A stretch of 64,000 bases of DNA from Puteibacter caeruleilacunae. Its GTDB lineage: Bacteria > Bacteroidota > Bacteroidia > Bacteroidales > Prolixibacteraceae. Below, piece by piece: positions 49,814 through 60,555 of the stretch. The stretch is from NCBI GenBank assembly GCA_005217565.1, contig SJCO01000011.1, forward strand, positions 41,070-105,069, in the 5' to 3' direction. The position numbers and the translations under genes were made by a program. The notes below the pieces were generated by a model that was not told the DNA's origin, made no database searches, and was given only the letters and a program-made list of their open reading frames with translations. Positions within the stretch are counted from its first letter, which is position 1. Each line of letters starts with the position of its first letter.

Positions 49814-52555
49814 TTATCTGAAGTCAAACCAGTAATCGCCTTGTAATGGCTTTTGTTCCCCATGAAGATTCAGGTTATGGGGCAAACCTGATACACCCAA
49901 CACATTAGGCTCATTAATTTTTGTCCCTATAGCAGGAATAGCACTCATCAGAGAAATACCTCCCACAGGAAAACAAGGTAATTTACAGTTTCGAGCCTCA
50001 TCCATCTCTGGAGTAAACAATCGCAGATATGTGAAATCAGTCTCATTATAAATCTTAAAGCTATTGCTTGAATTTCGTATTTCTGCCCAGTATATATCAG
50101 CATGATACCCTTTAAATTCAGGATAATTCCAACTGCAACCACTCTTGGTATTATTATAAGTCTTCTCCCAAACTCCAAGTTCCAAGCCACGTTTACGGTT
50201 ATTCCATACCCTATATGGCCCTCGACCAAGGTACTTCACCTCAACATCAGGAGTCTCAGGAAAATCCCAGCTTACACCAATCATCTCTCGCTTACCACGT
50301 GCATTATATATTCGGTACGAGAATTTAATAAGTCCATTAGGTGCAACCTTCCAGGTAAACCAACTTCTTTTTTCTGTAAGCTGTGCCCTGATTTGCAATG
50401 TATCACCAATCATTTCATGTTTAACCTCTTTCACCTCTACATCTTCAGTAAACACAGGACCATTATTTAATGGCACCTCGCCATTCTTATTTGAAACATA
50501 CTCCAACAAGCCATTTGTAAGATTAAACTGTACATTTAGAGCTCCTACTTTGGCCCTCAAAACATCACCATTTACTTCAGTCTGCACCTGCTGCTTTTGT
50601 GAAATACTTGCAATAGTACGTTTAGTTATTTCCTGAGGAAAAGCCACTGGCCAATTCCATGTATTCACTTTATTTCCATTCTTATCGAAGGCATCAAACA
50701 CTAGCACATCGGCTTTATTTAATCCCTTTATGTCAAGCTGAATATATCCAGCAAGTCCTGCAGACACATTCCCAAAATCCCCTTTACCTGTCTCGATGAT
50801 CCGTTTGGTCCCACCTATAGTCGGCAACGTTTCCAGGCGCCATTGATATCTACACCCATTTAAAGAATTAAATAAATATTGATTCTCAACCTTTAAGCGA
50901 CCATCAAATGATCGTGGAATATAATTCATCTGAATCTGTATGGGAGACCATACATCACGAATAGTAGGGACACTACCTTCCGGTTCACGATAAGGTCCAA
51001 CAATTCCATCAGGAGCAAGGTTGCCTGCACAATCAATACTATCATTCAGATCACATCGAACCACACCTTCATCCAAAAAAGCCCAGATAAAGCCACCACC
51101 TGAATTTTGTGTCGTACGCATCTCCTCCCAGAAATCCGCTAAACCAGCACCACCTCCACCATCGTACAAAGCATGCAAAAATTCGGTCTGTACAAATATA
51201 TCCCTTGAGTGATGGAAAGTATTCACCCCATAACTATGAGGCTTATAGTGCTGGGCATCGAAACCATTGTGATAATGCGTTGGATGATAAATAAACCTCC
51301 CCTGTGGATCATATTCCCTGAAGATTTCCTCCAGCTTCACATCATAACCACCCTCATTACCATTGGCAAAAATCACAATAGAAGGATGATTAACATTCTC
51401 TACTAACATCTCCTTCAGCAATTGTTTACCAATTTCATAATCATAGCGATGCTGATAAGCCCCCAGCTCATCAAATACAAACATTCCTAATGAATCACAC
51501 ACATCATACAAATGCTGATCATGAGGATAATGTCCCATTCTCACTGCATTCATATTCATCTTTTTCATCATAAGAATATCAGAGATACTCAATGCCTTAG
51601 ACGTTGCTCTCCCCCATTCTGGATGGAAGCTATGGTAATTCACACCTTTAAACACCACACGAGTACCATTCACATAAATACCATCATGAGGACGTGTTTC
51701 AATGGTCCTAAATCCAAAGCGTTGTGAAATTTCGTGAACCGTCTTTCCTTTAATGCAGAGCTCAGCCTTTAGGACATATAAATTAGGATCCTCACAAGTC
51801 CACAGTTTTGGATTCTCATAATGTGCGACACTACGAGTTGTTCCTTCTGATATATCAAATACCTTTGGAGTTCCTAGTGTTTCCCCAGTATTTAGATCAA
51901 CAACCGACTGCTTAATTTGATATGATTTATCTGAATTCAAAAAATAATCGACTTCCAACTTACCATTAGCCTGCGCATTTACAGCAACTCTATCGATGTG
52001 AACTTTAGGTAATACCTCAAGATATACAGGTCGGTAAATCCCTCCAAAAGTCCAAAAATCAGCCTCACGCTCAGCTTGAACAACCGACCTATTTTTAGGC
52101 AATTTGTCTACGACAACCTTTAATGAATTACTTTTCCCATAAATAACCAGATCTGAGATATCATATTTAAAATGATAGTATCCGCCAACATGTGTTTCTC
52201 CTGCCAACTTACCATTTATATAAACTGTGGCTTCGGTCATTACTCCTTCAAACACCAGATTGACCTGCTTACCTTTAAACGCTTTATCTACTTTGAAACT
52301 GGTTTTATAAATCCCTTGCTCATCAGGTTTCTTTTTCTCACGACCATAAGCAAAGATCCCAAAGCCTTTAGGTTCCCAATTTGAAGGGACTGGTATTTTC
52401 GACCATTTGCCACTATTCATTCCTTTCGAGACAAAAAAGTCCCATTCAACGGTATTATCTATTCCAGTACCGGATAGATATACCTTTTGTGTTTTTTGTG
52501 AAAATGCCTGTAGATAGGCAAAACATAGTAAAAGGATAATTATTCTCTTATTCAT
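49814..52555 (-). CDS. GH2-family glycoside hydrolase (beta-galactosidase/beta-mannosidase-like), secreted
   Basis: GH2 TIM-barrel region (NAVRMGHYPHDQHLYDVCDSLGMFVFDE), signal peptide, 913 aa. Confidence 0.8.
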   Translation of the reverse strand: MNKRIIILLLCFAYLQAFSQKTQKVYLSGTGIDNTVEWDFFVSKGMNSGKWSKIPVPSNWEPKGFGIFAYGREKKKPDEQGIYKTSFKVDKAFKGKQVNLVFEGVMTEATVYINGKLAGETHVGGYYHFKYDISDLVIYGKSNSLKVVVDKLPKNRSVVQAEREADFWTFGGIYRPVYLEVLPKVHIDRVAVNAQANGKLEVDYFLNSDKSYQIKQSVVDLNTGETLGTPKVFDISEGTTRSVAHYENPKLWTCEDPNLYVLKAELCIKGKTVHEISQRFGFRTIETRPHDGIYVNGTRVVFKGVNYHSFHPEWGRATSKALSISDILMMKKMNMNAVRMGHYPHDQHLYDVCDSLGMFVFDELGAYQHRYDYEIGKQLLKEMLVENVNHPSIVIFANGNEGGYDVKLEEIFREYDPQGRFIYHPTHYHNGFDAQHYKPHSYGVNTFHHSRDIFVQTEFLHALYDGGGGAGLADFWEEMRTTQNSGGGFIWAFLDEGVVRCDLNDSIDCAGNLAPDGIVGPYREPEGSVPTIRDVWSPIQIQMNYIPRSFDGRLKVENQYLFNSLNGCRYQWRLETLPTIGGTKRIIETGKGDFGNVSAGLAGYIQLDIKGLNKADVLVFDAFDKNGNKVNTWNWPVAFPQEITKRTIASISQKQQVQTEVNGDVLRAKVGALNVQFNLTNGLLEYVSNKNGEVPLNNGPVFTEDVEVKEVKHEMIGDTLQIRAQLTEKRSWFTWKVAPNGLIKFSYRIYNARGKREMIGVSWDFPETPDVEVKYLGRGPYRVWNNRKRGLELGVWEKTYNNTKSGCSWNYPEFKGYHADIYWAEIRNSSNSFKIYNETDFTYLRLFTPEMDEARNCKLPCFPVGGISLMSAIPAIGTKINEPNVLGVSGLPHNLNLHGEQKPLQGDYWFDFR

Positions 52556-52914
52556 AAACTAATGATTAACACTGAAACGAAGTAAACAGTCCGTTTCGTT
52601 TTACATGCGATAATTTGATCCGCAAGTTCGATGAATAAGCCAAAACAAATTATCACCATTGCAGCAAATCCTTGTTATTATGTTGCAATTTGCAGGATTC
52701 ATTGAAACATGTTGCCCTTTGGGGCAACTAATGTCTGTAGAAAATGGTATGTAACCACACAAATACATTTCCCTATTTTTGCGTGAGGCTATGCGCTTTA
52801 ACCCCGGAATCGCTACCGCTCATCCGACACTCCAGACATTAACTGCCCTAGCGGGCAGCATTTGGAACTGTGAAGCAATTTTTTATTTTTGTAGAAATTA
52901 CAAACCGTAACCAA

Positions 52915-55227
52915 ATGAGAATAACCACTATTTTTTCGACAATCTTACTGTGCGGAACATTACTGTCGTGCCAGCAAGAGAAATTAACCCCTCTAACTCC
53001 CATTCAAGTTATACCGCAACCTGTATCAGTAGTTGAACAGCAGGAACACGCTCCGTTTGTACTCAAACAGCAGTCAAAAATCATCGTTAGCGACTCGTTA
53101 ATGCTTCCTGCTGCGCACATGCTGCAAAATATTGTAGGATTTAAATTACCTATTGAATGGAATAAAAAAGCAAAGAAGTCTGATATTGTCTTCACACTCA
53201 ACCACGACCTAGATTCTTTGTCTCACGAAGGCTATATACTAGCTATAAACAAGCAGACAGTTAACATTCAGTCGGCTGGTCCACAAGGACTATTCTATGC
53301 TGTTGAAACCATGCGTCAGCTATTCCCAGCAGGCACAACACTGACCAATCAGAAGAAAATTGCTTTGCCAGCTGTGAAAATTGCTGACATTCCTCGTTTT
53401 TCATGGAGAGGAATGCATCTAGATGTATCGCGACATTTCATGCCTGTAGCGTTTATTAAAAAATACATCGACTACCTGGCCATGCACAAACTAAATGTAT
53501 TTCATTGGCATCTTGTCGATGGTGTAGGATGGCGGATCGAGATTAAATCACATCCTGAGCTTACTGATAAAGGAGCATGGCGACAAGTAAAAGAAGGCAA
53601 AAAGCCTTGGCAAGACTTTGAAATCTGGAAAGAAGGTTGTGGTAATCCGAAATATGGAGGATTCTACACTCAAGAAGAAATCAAGGAAGTGGTACAATAT
53701 GCCAAAGAACGCTTCATCACTGTCCTTCCTGAAATTGAACTTCCAGGACATTCAGAGGTCGTAATGCAGTGCTATCCTGAATTGATTTGTAAAGATTCAA
53801 AAGGCAAGAGTCTTAGAAATGCAGGCGTATACTGTGCAAGCAATCCAAAGAGTTACCAACTATTGGAAGATGTAATCAATGAAGTTATTGAACTATTTCC
53901 TTCAGAATATATTCATATTGGTGGTGACGAAGTAGGTAAAAGTAACTGGAAGAAATGCGCCAGCTGTCAGAAGCTAATGAAGAAGAATGGCTACACGCCT
54001 CACGAGCTTCAAAGTCACTTTGTCAACCATTTCGACAAATTTTTAAAATCAAAAGGACGAAAACTTATAGGATGGCATGAGATTCTTGAAGGGGAATTAT
54101 CACCATCAGCAACCATCATGTACTGGGGAGGAGAAAACGGAGTAACTAAAAATCTAAAAGCAGGACATCCAACGGTGTTAACCACTGGAAGTCACTTTTA
54201 CTTCGACCACTATCAGAGTTTGAGTCCTCAAGAGCCTAAGGCCTTTGGGGGATTTGCTCCTTTAAAGAAAGTATACGACTATGAGCCTATTCCTGAAGAT
54301 GCCTCTTCTGATCAGGCAGATCTAATCATGGGAGTACAAGGGAACGTCTGGACAGAGTACATGCCTGTTGAAGCACATGTTGAATACATGATCATTCCAC
54401 GTATCGCCGCCTTGGCTGAAGTAGCTTGGCAAGATGAGAAGACCAAAGACTGGGAACGATTCAGAACCAAGATGAATCGCATGTTTAGTCGCTATGTTAC
54501 CATGGGCATTAACGCAGCACCAAGTGCTTATCGCCCACAGATTTCTTACGAACTAACGGCCGATAAGAGTAAGTTAAAGGTAACCATCGATACAGAGTTG
54601 GAAGCTACAATCTATTACACAACCAATGGTAATGCTCCAGACACCGCTACAGCTCGCAGATACACAACACCATTCCTCATCGACAAGTCTGCACCTATAA
54701 AAGTGCTTACTGTTGAAAAAGACAAGAATATTGAGCTTACTGAAACTGAGCAAGCCATATTGCATAAAGCATGCAAAGCAAAAGTTAAAAAGTTCACCAA
54801 GGGATGGGCCAATTATAAGGCACTAGGAGCTACGACCTTGATTGATGCCAACTTTGGAGGCAACAAATGGGGCAATGGAAAATGGTTGGGAGTTTTAGGC
54901 CGCGACTTTGAAGCGGAACTGCAATTCCCTACTCCAACCGAGATCAGTAAGGTAGGCTTTAGCTGTATTGAAGAAACTGGTGCCGGCATTTATTATCCTG
55001 CATCAATTGAGGTCCTAGGATCAAAAGATGGCAAACAATATAAAACTTTAAAAACCTGGAGTAGCAACCGTAAAACGCCTATTCCACGAACTCCTGAATG
55101 TACCAATAAAATCATCACACTTAATTTTACTCCTGCCACTTACCAATATGTAAAGGTAAAGGCAAAATATCAACATGTAAAAAATCAAGGCGTATTCATT
55201 TTTGTTGATGAGTTAATAGTAGAATAA
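52915..55227 (+). CDS. GH20 beta-N-acetylhexosaminidase with a C-terminal F5/8 type C (discoidin)-like domain, lipoprotein
   Basis: GH20 motifs HLDVSRHF, FHWHLVDGVGWR and HIGGDE. The probable start is Met 52915 (MRITTIFSTILLCGTLLSC). The listed ORF begins at 52870. Confidence 0.85.
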   Translation: MRITTIFSTILLCGTLLSCQQEKLTPLTPIQVIPQPVSVVEQQEHAPFVLKQQSKIIVSDSLMLPAAHMLQNIVGFKLPIEWNKKAKKSDIVFTLNHDLDSLSHEGYILAINKQTVNIQSAGPQGLFYAVETMRQLFPAGTTLTNQKKIALPAVKIADIPRFSWRGMHLDVSRHFMPVAFIKKYIDYLAMHKLNVFHWHLVDGVGWRIEIKSHPELTDKGAWRQVKEGKKPWQDFEIWKEGCGNPKYGGFYTQEEIKEVVQYAKERFITVLPEIELPGHSEVVMQCYPELICKDSKGKSLRNAGVYCASNPKSYQLLEDVINEVIELFPSEYIHIGGDEVGKSNWKKCASCQKLMKKNGYTPHELQSHFVNHFDKFLKSKGRKLIGWHEILEGELSPSATIMYWGGENGVTKNLKAGHPTVLTTGSHFYFDHYQSLSPQEPKAFGGFAPLKKVYDYEPIPEDASSDQADLIMGVQGNVWTEYMPVEAHVEYMIIPRIAALAEVAWQDEKTKDWERFRTKMNRMFSRYVTMGINAAPSAYRPQISYELTADKSKLKVTIDTELEATIYYTTNGNAPDTATARRYTTPFLIDKSAPIKVLTVEKDKNIELTETEQAILHKACKAKVKKFTKGWANYKALGATTLIDANFGGNKWGNGKWLGVLGRDFEAELQFPTPTEISKVGFSCIEETGAGIYYPASIEVLGSKDGKQYKTLKTWSSNRKTPIPRTPECTNKIITLNFTPATYQYVKVKAKYQHVKNQGVFIFVDELIVE

Positions 55228-55250
55228 CCAATTATCGCAGCAATAAAAGC

Positions 55251-55282
55251 AAAGGCTGTCCCCAACAAGGACAGCCTTTTTT
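55251..55282 (+). terminator. Rho-independent terminator (AAAGGCTGTCC / GGACAGCCTTT 11-bp stem plus T6)
   Basis: Seen in the sequence, downstream of GH20. Confidence 0.75.
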
Positions 55283-55417
55283 GACAAATTCATGAAATCC
55301 ATTTTTTGTAAACAGTAACTGGATTTCTATCTCCGCTTTATTTTTAAGCGATCAACGGTTGTGCAATCTACCTTTTCCTTTCTCCATAAACCGTATAACC
55401 TCTTTCAATTTTCCGTT

Positions 55418-57064
55418 CTAGTATCCAGGATTGTTATTGATACTATTCCCTAGGTTTGCATCAATAAAAGTCTGAGGAACAGGATACAACCTATCTCTCT
55501 CAGAAACAACAGGACCAGCCAAAACATTATGAGCCTGAGTTCTTTCAAGCCACTTGTTATTTCTTAACAACGAGTAGCGACGATGCCCTTCTGAGTATAA
55601 CTCGCGAGCACGCTCATCAAGGATAAAATCAATATCAACATCGGAAGCTGTAATTAAAGCAGCATGTGCTCTCTCGCGTAATGCGTTGATATACTCTGCA
55701 GCCTTATCATTATCTCCAGCTTTGTGATATGCTTCAGCTACCAACAAATAAGTATTCGCTAAACGAAGGTAAAGATGATCGTTATAGTTTAATGCTTCCT
55801 TCACATTATCCTCACGTGTCCAATCCCACTTTCGTGTGTGTACTCTAAAATACTCATGCTGCTGAAAGTCGGAAGTAGTATCCATCCAAAGCGTATCTCC
55901 CACTTCAGCATCAACCTTCAAGCTCGACATATCATCTTCAGTAACCACGAAATACTTCCTCCATGCATATTCTGATCCACGATCATCTAATACCTTTCCA
56001 TTGGCATCTTTATCATATACATCATTCAACATGTAGTTGGTTGCACACAAGCGATCCTGACCACGACCACCACGTTCAACTGTATACTTCAATCCAACAC
56101 CTTTATTGTAATCCGAGATAAACTCACGACGCATAATACAGCGACCTTTACCTCCCTCTACATCATATTGATTTTGGAATACCCAAAGAGCCTCGGTGTT
56201 ACCTTCGCTAAAGTTAGTATTACCATCTTTAAACATATCCATATAAGGCACACCCGGCTCATCGGTATACTTTCCGTAACGCTCAGTAATTAATGCATGG
56301 TTACCTCCTTTGATTAAGCCTTCACCTGTAGCTACCGCATCATCAAAGCGTCCCATGCGAATATATAATTCAGTAAGATAGTGCTGTGCAGCTCCCTTTA
56401 CAATGCGACCATCATTAATTGGTGTAGCACTTAGCACATCAACAGCGACCTTAAGATCACTCTCCATCAAAGCATAAACCTCAGCAACAGGCTTACGTTC
56501 CCAATCAACAATGATGTTAGCACCATTCGACTCTTCAAGATTGATAGGCACATCACCATACAGGTAGGTAAGATGACGGTACGCCCATGCTCTAAAGAAT
56601 TTAGCCTCAGCCACGATATAATCAGCTTCATCAGCAGTTAATGAATGCTCTCCATTCTCAGCTCTATTGATGATTGTATTTGCACTATTGATCATCTTAT
56701 AAAGCCACTCCCAGATAATTCTAAGGTAAGTATTTGATGGATTCAAATGATCACCCCAATACACTATAAATTTCGATTCATCACGCGGATAACTAGAAGT
56801 CACCAGATCGGTTCCCCCCATCATACATCCAACAACCAAAGCATTGTAAGCTCCAGTTTTACCTTTCTTTTTATCAACTCCACTTCGCTCTGTACGCGCT
56901 AAAGCATACAGTCCGTACAAACCAGATTCAAAACCTGCTTTATCCTGATACAGGTTATCTGCTGCAATCAAATGAGGAGTTTCCTGATCAAGCACTGCCT
57001 CTTCGCAAGCGACCATTCCCCAGGCAGTCAAAACTACTACAACTGCTATTATTAATTTATTCAT
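55418..57064 (-). CDS. susD: SusD/RagB-family nutrient-binding outer membrane lipoprotein
   Basis: Signal peptide with Cys (LTAWGMVAC), 548 aa with a TPR-like SusD fold. It lies immediately downstream of susC. Confidence 0.85.
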   Translation of the reverse strand: MNKLIIAVVVVLTAWGMVACEEAVLDQETPHLIAADNLYQDKAGFESGLYGLYALARTERSGVDKKKGKTGAYNALVVGCMMGGTDLVTSSYPRDESKFIVYWGDHLNPSNTYLRIIWEWLYKMINSANTIINRAENGEHSLTADEADYIVAEAKFFRAWAYRHLTYLYGDVPINLEESNGANIIVDWERKPVAEVYALMESDLKVAVDVLSATPINDGRIVKGAAQHYLTELYIRMGRFDDAVATGEGLIKGGNHALITERYGKYTDEPGVPYMDMFKDGNTNFSEGNTEALWVFQNQYDVEGGKGRCIMRREFISDYNKGVGLKYTVERGGRGQDRLCATNYMLNDVYDKDANGKVLDDRGSEYAWRKYFVVTEDDMSSLKVDAEVGDTLWMDTTSDFQQHEYFRVHTRKWDWTREDNVKEALNYNDHLYLRLANTYLLVAEAYHKAGDNDKAAEYINALRERAHAALITASDVDIDFILDERARELYSEGHRRYSLLRNNKWLERTQAHNVLAGPVVSERDRLYPVPQTFIDANLGNSINNNPGY

Positions 57065-57204
57065 CTTATTAAATTTATTATTTCCAATTGCATAAGATGG
57101 AACTCTCGATGAATTTTAATCATTCTCGTGTGTGTATTTTAGAATGCTAAAATTCATGTTCGTTTCATCTGTTCTAAAGATTATTAGATATTTGGAGTGC
57201 TGGA

Positions 57205-60135
57205 TTAAAAACTAAACTGCACACCGAAAACATACTCACGTTGTAGAGGAATACTCAACTGAGAATCAATCTCAGGATCCATTCCATCCCAATCAGTAAC
57301 AGTCAGCAAGTTGCGACCAGTAACAAACATCTTCATGTTATCGATCTTCCACTTCTTCACCAACTTACTGTCTAAGTTATATGACAACGTAACATCCTTT
57401 ACACGCATAAAATCAGCAACCTCATAAATACTAGCACCAAACACGTTAGCATTTCTATGATTGCGAGGATACGTATTAATTGGATTCTCTGGAGTCCAGT
57501 AATTCTTGATGTTCGTATTGACACGTCCGTCGAAACTATCTGACTCATTCAACTTTGAGTTATTATTCTTCGTAACTCCCTGAACACCATGCAAGAATAC
57601 ATACAGCGACCAGTTCTTGTATGAGAAAGTATTCTCCATTCCCCAAGTCCACTTTGGATCTCTTTGTCCTTGAATTTGACGATCCTCAGAACCAATCGAT
57701 TTACCATCTTCATCGTTAGTGATATCCTTAATCTTCACATCACCAGCTACAGCAAGAGGCTGTGCAGAGTTATCGATATCATCATTCTCCTGCCATATTC
57801 CATCAAACACATAACCATAGTTAACACGGATAGGCTGACCAATAAATAGTTTCGCAGCAACATCATCCTCCTTAGCACCGTAAAGCGATACAATCTCATT
57901 ACGGTTAGTTGAAAAATTCACTCCTGCATTCCATTTGAAATCTTTCTGATCAATCACATGACCTTTCAAGCTCAGCTCGATACCCTCATTCTTAGTCTCA
58001 CCAATATTCTGAATAATAGAAGTAATACCATGAACCGAAGGAATCTTTCTTTTAAATAGCAAGTCTTTTGTACGTGACTGGTAAATGTCAAATGTTCCTT
58101 GGAAACGACCAGTAAGCATTGAGAAATCAAAACCAAAGTTCGCAGTTGTTGTAGTCTCCCAACTTAGGTTCGCATTTGCAAGATTTGCAGGAACAAAACC
58201 AGGCATTGTTTTAGAACCAACAATGTAATTATCAACTCCTAAACGAGCCAAGTTATCGTAAGGACCAACAGCCTGATTACCATTCTTACCATAAGAGAAA
58301 CGAGCTTTAAGACTACTAAACAATTCACTGTTAAAGAACTCTTCGTTATGCACATTCCATCCCAATGCCATTGATGGGAAAACACCATATTTCTTATTGT
58401 CACCAAATCCGGTATAACCATCTCTACGAACAGTTAATGTAACCATATAGCGATTATCGTATCCATAGTTTAAGCGGCCCATTTGCGACAATAATGCTTT
58501 TCCATTATAATCAACAGTTGCCAATGACGACGCAGCCAAATTAGGCTGGTAATAAGTCAATACATCATTCGGGAAGTTTGATGACTCCACCATAAACTTC
58601 TTGTAACGCTCATACTGGTAACTATAAAGACCTGTAAAATTGATATCATGCTTGCCGAATGAACGCACATACGAAATAATATTTTCAACCAAGTAATTGC
58701 GCTCCGATTTGTTTTCAGTTTCCGATACTCCATTCTTCTCCTTACCAGTAAGCGTATTACGACCCCAGTAAGTTCCGATTTCACGGTATCCAAACTCAAC
58801 ACCTGTATTCAATTTATAACTTAATCCAGGAATAAAAGGCAGCTGAATATTGAATGAGTTATTGGTAATAACACGATATGAAGTATCATCATTATCAGCC
58901 AATGTAGGTTCAAAAGGATTCGAGAAATAGATATCCTCAGGCCAAGGATAAATTGTATAATTACCCTTTTCATCATATTTTGAAGTCAATGGATTCAATG
59001 AATATCCACGACCAACGTTAACGGGCAAACCACTACGATCGATATAAGTCATCTGATTGCTTGTTGCGTACGACATCCAATCGAAGATTTTCATATCCAT
59101 ATTGAAGCGAAGGTTATAGCGAGAAAACTCATCATTAATCGCAATACCTTTCGAGTCGAAGAAAGTACCAGAAACAAAATACTTCACCTTTTCTCCACCA
59201 CCTCTAATAGAAAGGTTGTGCTCTTGTTTAACTCCAGCTTGAGTGATCTCCTCTTGCCAGTCCATCCACTCTCCTGCATCCAATATCGCTTGCTCTGAAT
59301 TATCTAATTTATCAATACCGTAACGCTCCATCTTCCATGCTGCATAACCAGGGCCATCATACATATCAAGCATCTTAGCGATTTCGCTAACACCATAATA
59401 CCCATTGTAAGAAATGGTTGGTTTTCCTAGCTCACCCTTCTTTGTTTCAATAAGGATAACACCATTCGCACCACGAGATCCATAAATTGCCGTAGACGAA
59501 GCATCTTTTAGTACATTAATACTCTTAATATCAACAGTATTAATATCAGATATTCCACCACTAAAAGGCACTCCATCAAGAATAATCAAAGGATCGTTCG
59601 ATGCATTAATTGAGTTACGTCCGCGCAGCAACAACGAAGTACTTCCACCTTCTGCACTCGATGAACTAGTATTCACGTACACACCTGTTAGCGCTCCTTG
59701 AAGTGCCTGTGCGAAGTTAACGTTAGGCTTACTATCCATACGGTCGGTATTAATAGTAGTTACCGCACCAGTAACATCCGATTTCTTCTGTACACCATAC
59801 CCTACAGCAACAATTTCATCAAGGCCAATAGCATCAACTTTCATCACTACATCGATTTTACTTTTACCAGTTACATCGATTTCCTGAGAACTCATCCCTA
59901 CAAAAGAGAACACTAAAGTAGCACTATCATCAACCTTTTCAATGTTATATTTACCATCAAAATCGGTCACAGTACCACGGGTAGTCCCTTTAAAAACAAT
60001 AGAAACACCGGGTATTGGCTCATTTGCTTCATCCACCACTGTCCCTGAGATAATATTATCCTGAGCAAAGGAACTCACCACTCCTGCCCAGAAAAACATT
60101 ACCATCATCAACACACTTAATTTACATTTCTTCAT
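57205..60135 (-). CDS. susC: SusC/RagA-family TonB-dependent outer membrane transporter
   Basis: CarboxypepD_reg-like domain, TonB plug and a 22-strand barrel. The probable start is MKKCKLSVLMM at 60135. The ORF extends to 60174. Confidence 0.88.
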   Translation of the reverse strand: MKKCKLSVLMMVMFFWAGVVSSFAQDNIISGTVVDEANEPIPGVSIVFKGTTRGTVTDFDGKYNIEKVDDSATLVFSFVGMSSQEIDVTGKSKIDVVMKVDAIGLDEIVAVGYGVQKKSDVTGAVTTINTDRMDSKPNVNFAQALQGALTGVYVNTSSSSAEGGSTSLLLRGRNSINASNDPLIILDGVPFSGGISDINTVDIKSINVLKDASSTAIYGSRGANGVILIETKKGELGKPTISYNGYYGVSEIAKMLDMYDGPGYAAWKMERYGIDKLDNSEQAILDAGEWMDWQEEITQAGVKQEHNLSIRGGGEKVKYFVSGTFFDSKGIAINDEFSRYNLRFNMDMKIFDWMSYATSNQMTYIDRSGLPVNVGRGYSLNPLTSKYDEKGNYTIYPWPEDIYFSNPFEPTLADNDDTSYRVITNNSFNIQLPFIPGLSYKLNTGVEFGYREIGTYWGRNTLTGKEKNGVSETENKSERNYLVENIISYVRSFGKHDINFTGLYSYQYERYKKFMVESSNFPNDVLTYYQPNLAASSLATVDYNGKALLSQMGRLNYGYDNRYMVTLTVRRDGYTGFGDNKKYGVFPSMALGWNVHNEEFFNSELFSSLKARFSYGKNGNQAVGPYDNLARLGVDNYIVGSKTMPGFVPANLANANLSWETTTTANFGFDFSMLTGRFQGTFDIYQSRTKDLLFKRKIPSVHGITSIIQNIGETKNEGIELSLKGHVIDQKDFKWNAGVNFSTNRNEIVSLYGAKEDDVAAKLFIGQPIRVNYGYVFDGIWQENDDIDNSAQPLAVAGDVKIKDITNDEDGKSIGSEDRQIQGQRDPKWTWGMENTFSYKNWSLYVFLHGVQGVTKNNNSKLNESDSFDGRVNTNIKNYWTPENPINTYPRNHRNANVFGASIYEVADFMRVKDVTLSYNLDSKLVKKWKIDNMKMFVTGRNLLTVTDWDGMDPEIDSQLSIPLQREYVFGVQFSF

Positions 60136-60555
60136 AAAAATTTGATTTTGGTAAAATAAATTTAGTCTCATCATATTTTGAGCAATCTGTCAATACTGAG
60201 TGCTGAATAATTCCCCAAGCAGCACTCAGTTCTACAGTTAAATCACTAACAAATATGATGTTGCGATGAGAAAGAAACTGATAAAAATGTTGCACAAAAG
60301 CCTATACATGTTGCACAATACAGCCCATGTTGCATGAGCACAACATGTTTTATAAAAAGAAAATCTACAAGTTAATTTTTGAAGGTCAGAGACACTAATT
60401 TATGAAGAGAAAATGCACCTCGTTGAGCTGTTTGTTATAGTAATTAGAAATACACACTTGAAAACCTTTCAGGTCGCCAAGTGCAATAGTTGATCACTTT
60501 CCTAAGTACATTAGTTTTGACAAGAAGGAATATAGCTTACAATCAATTTGTTAAA

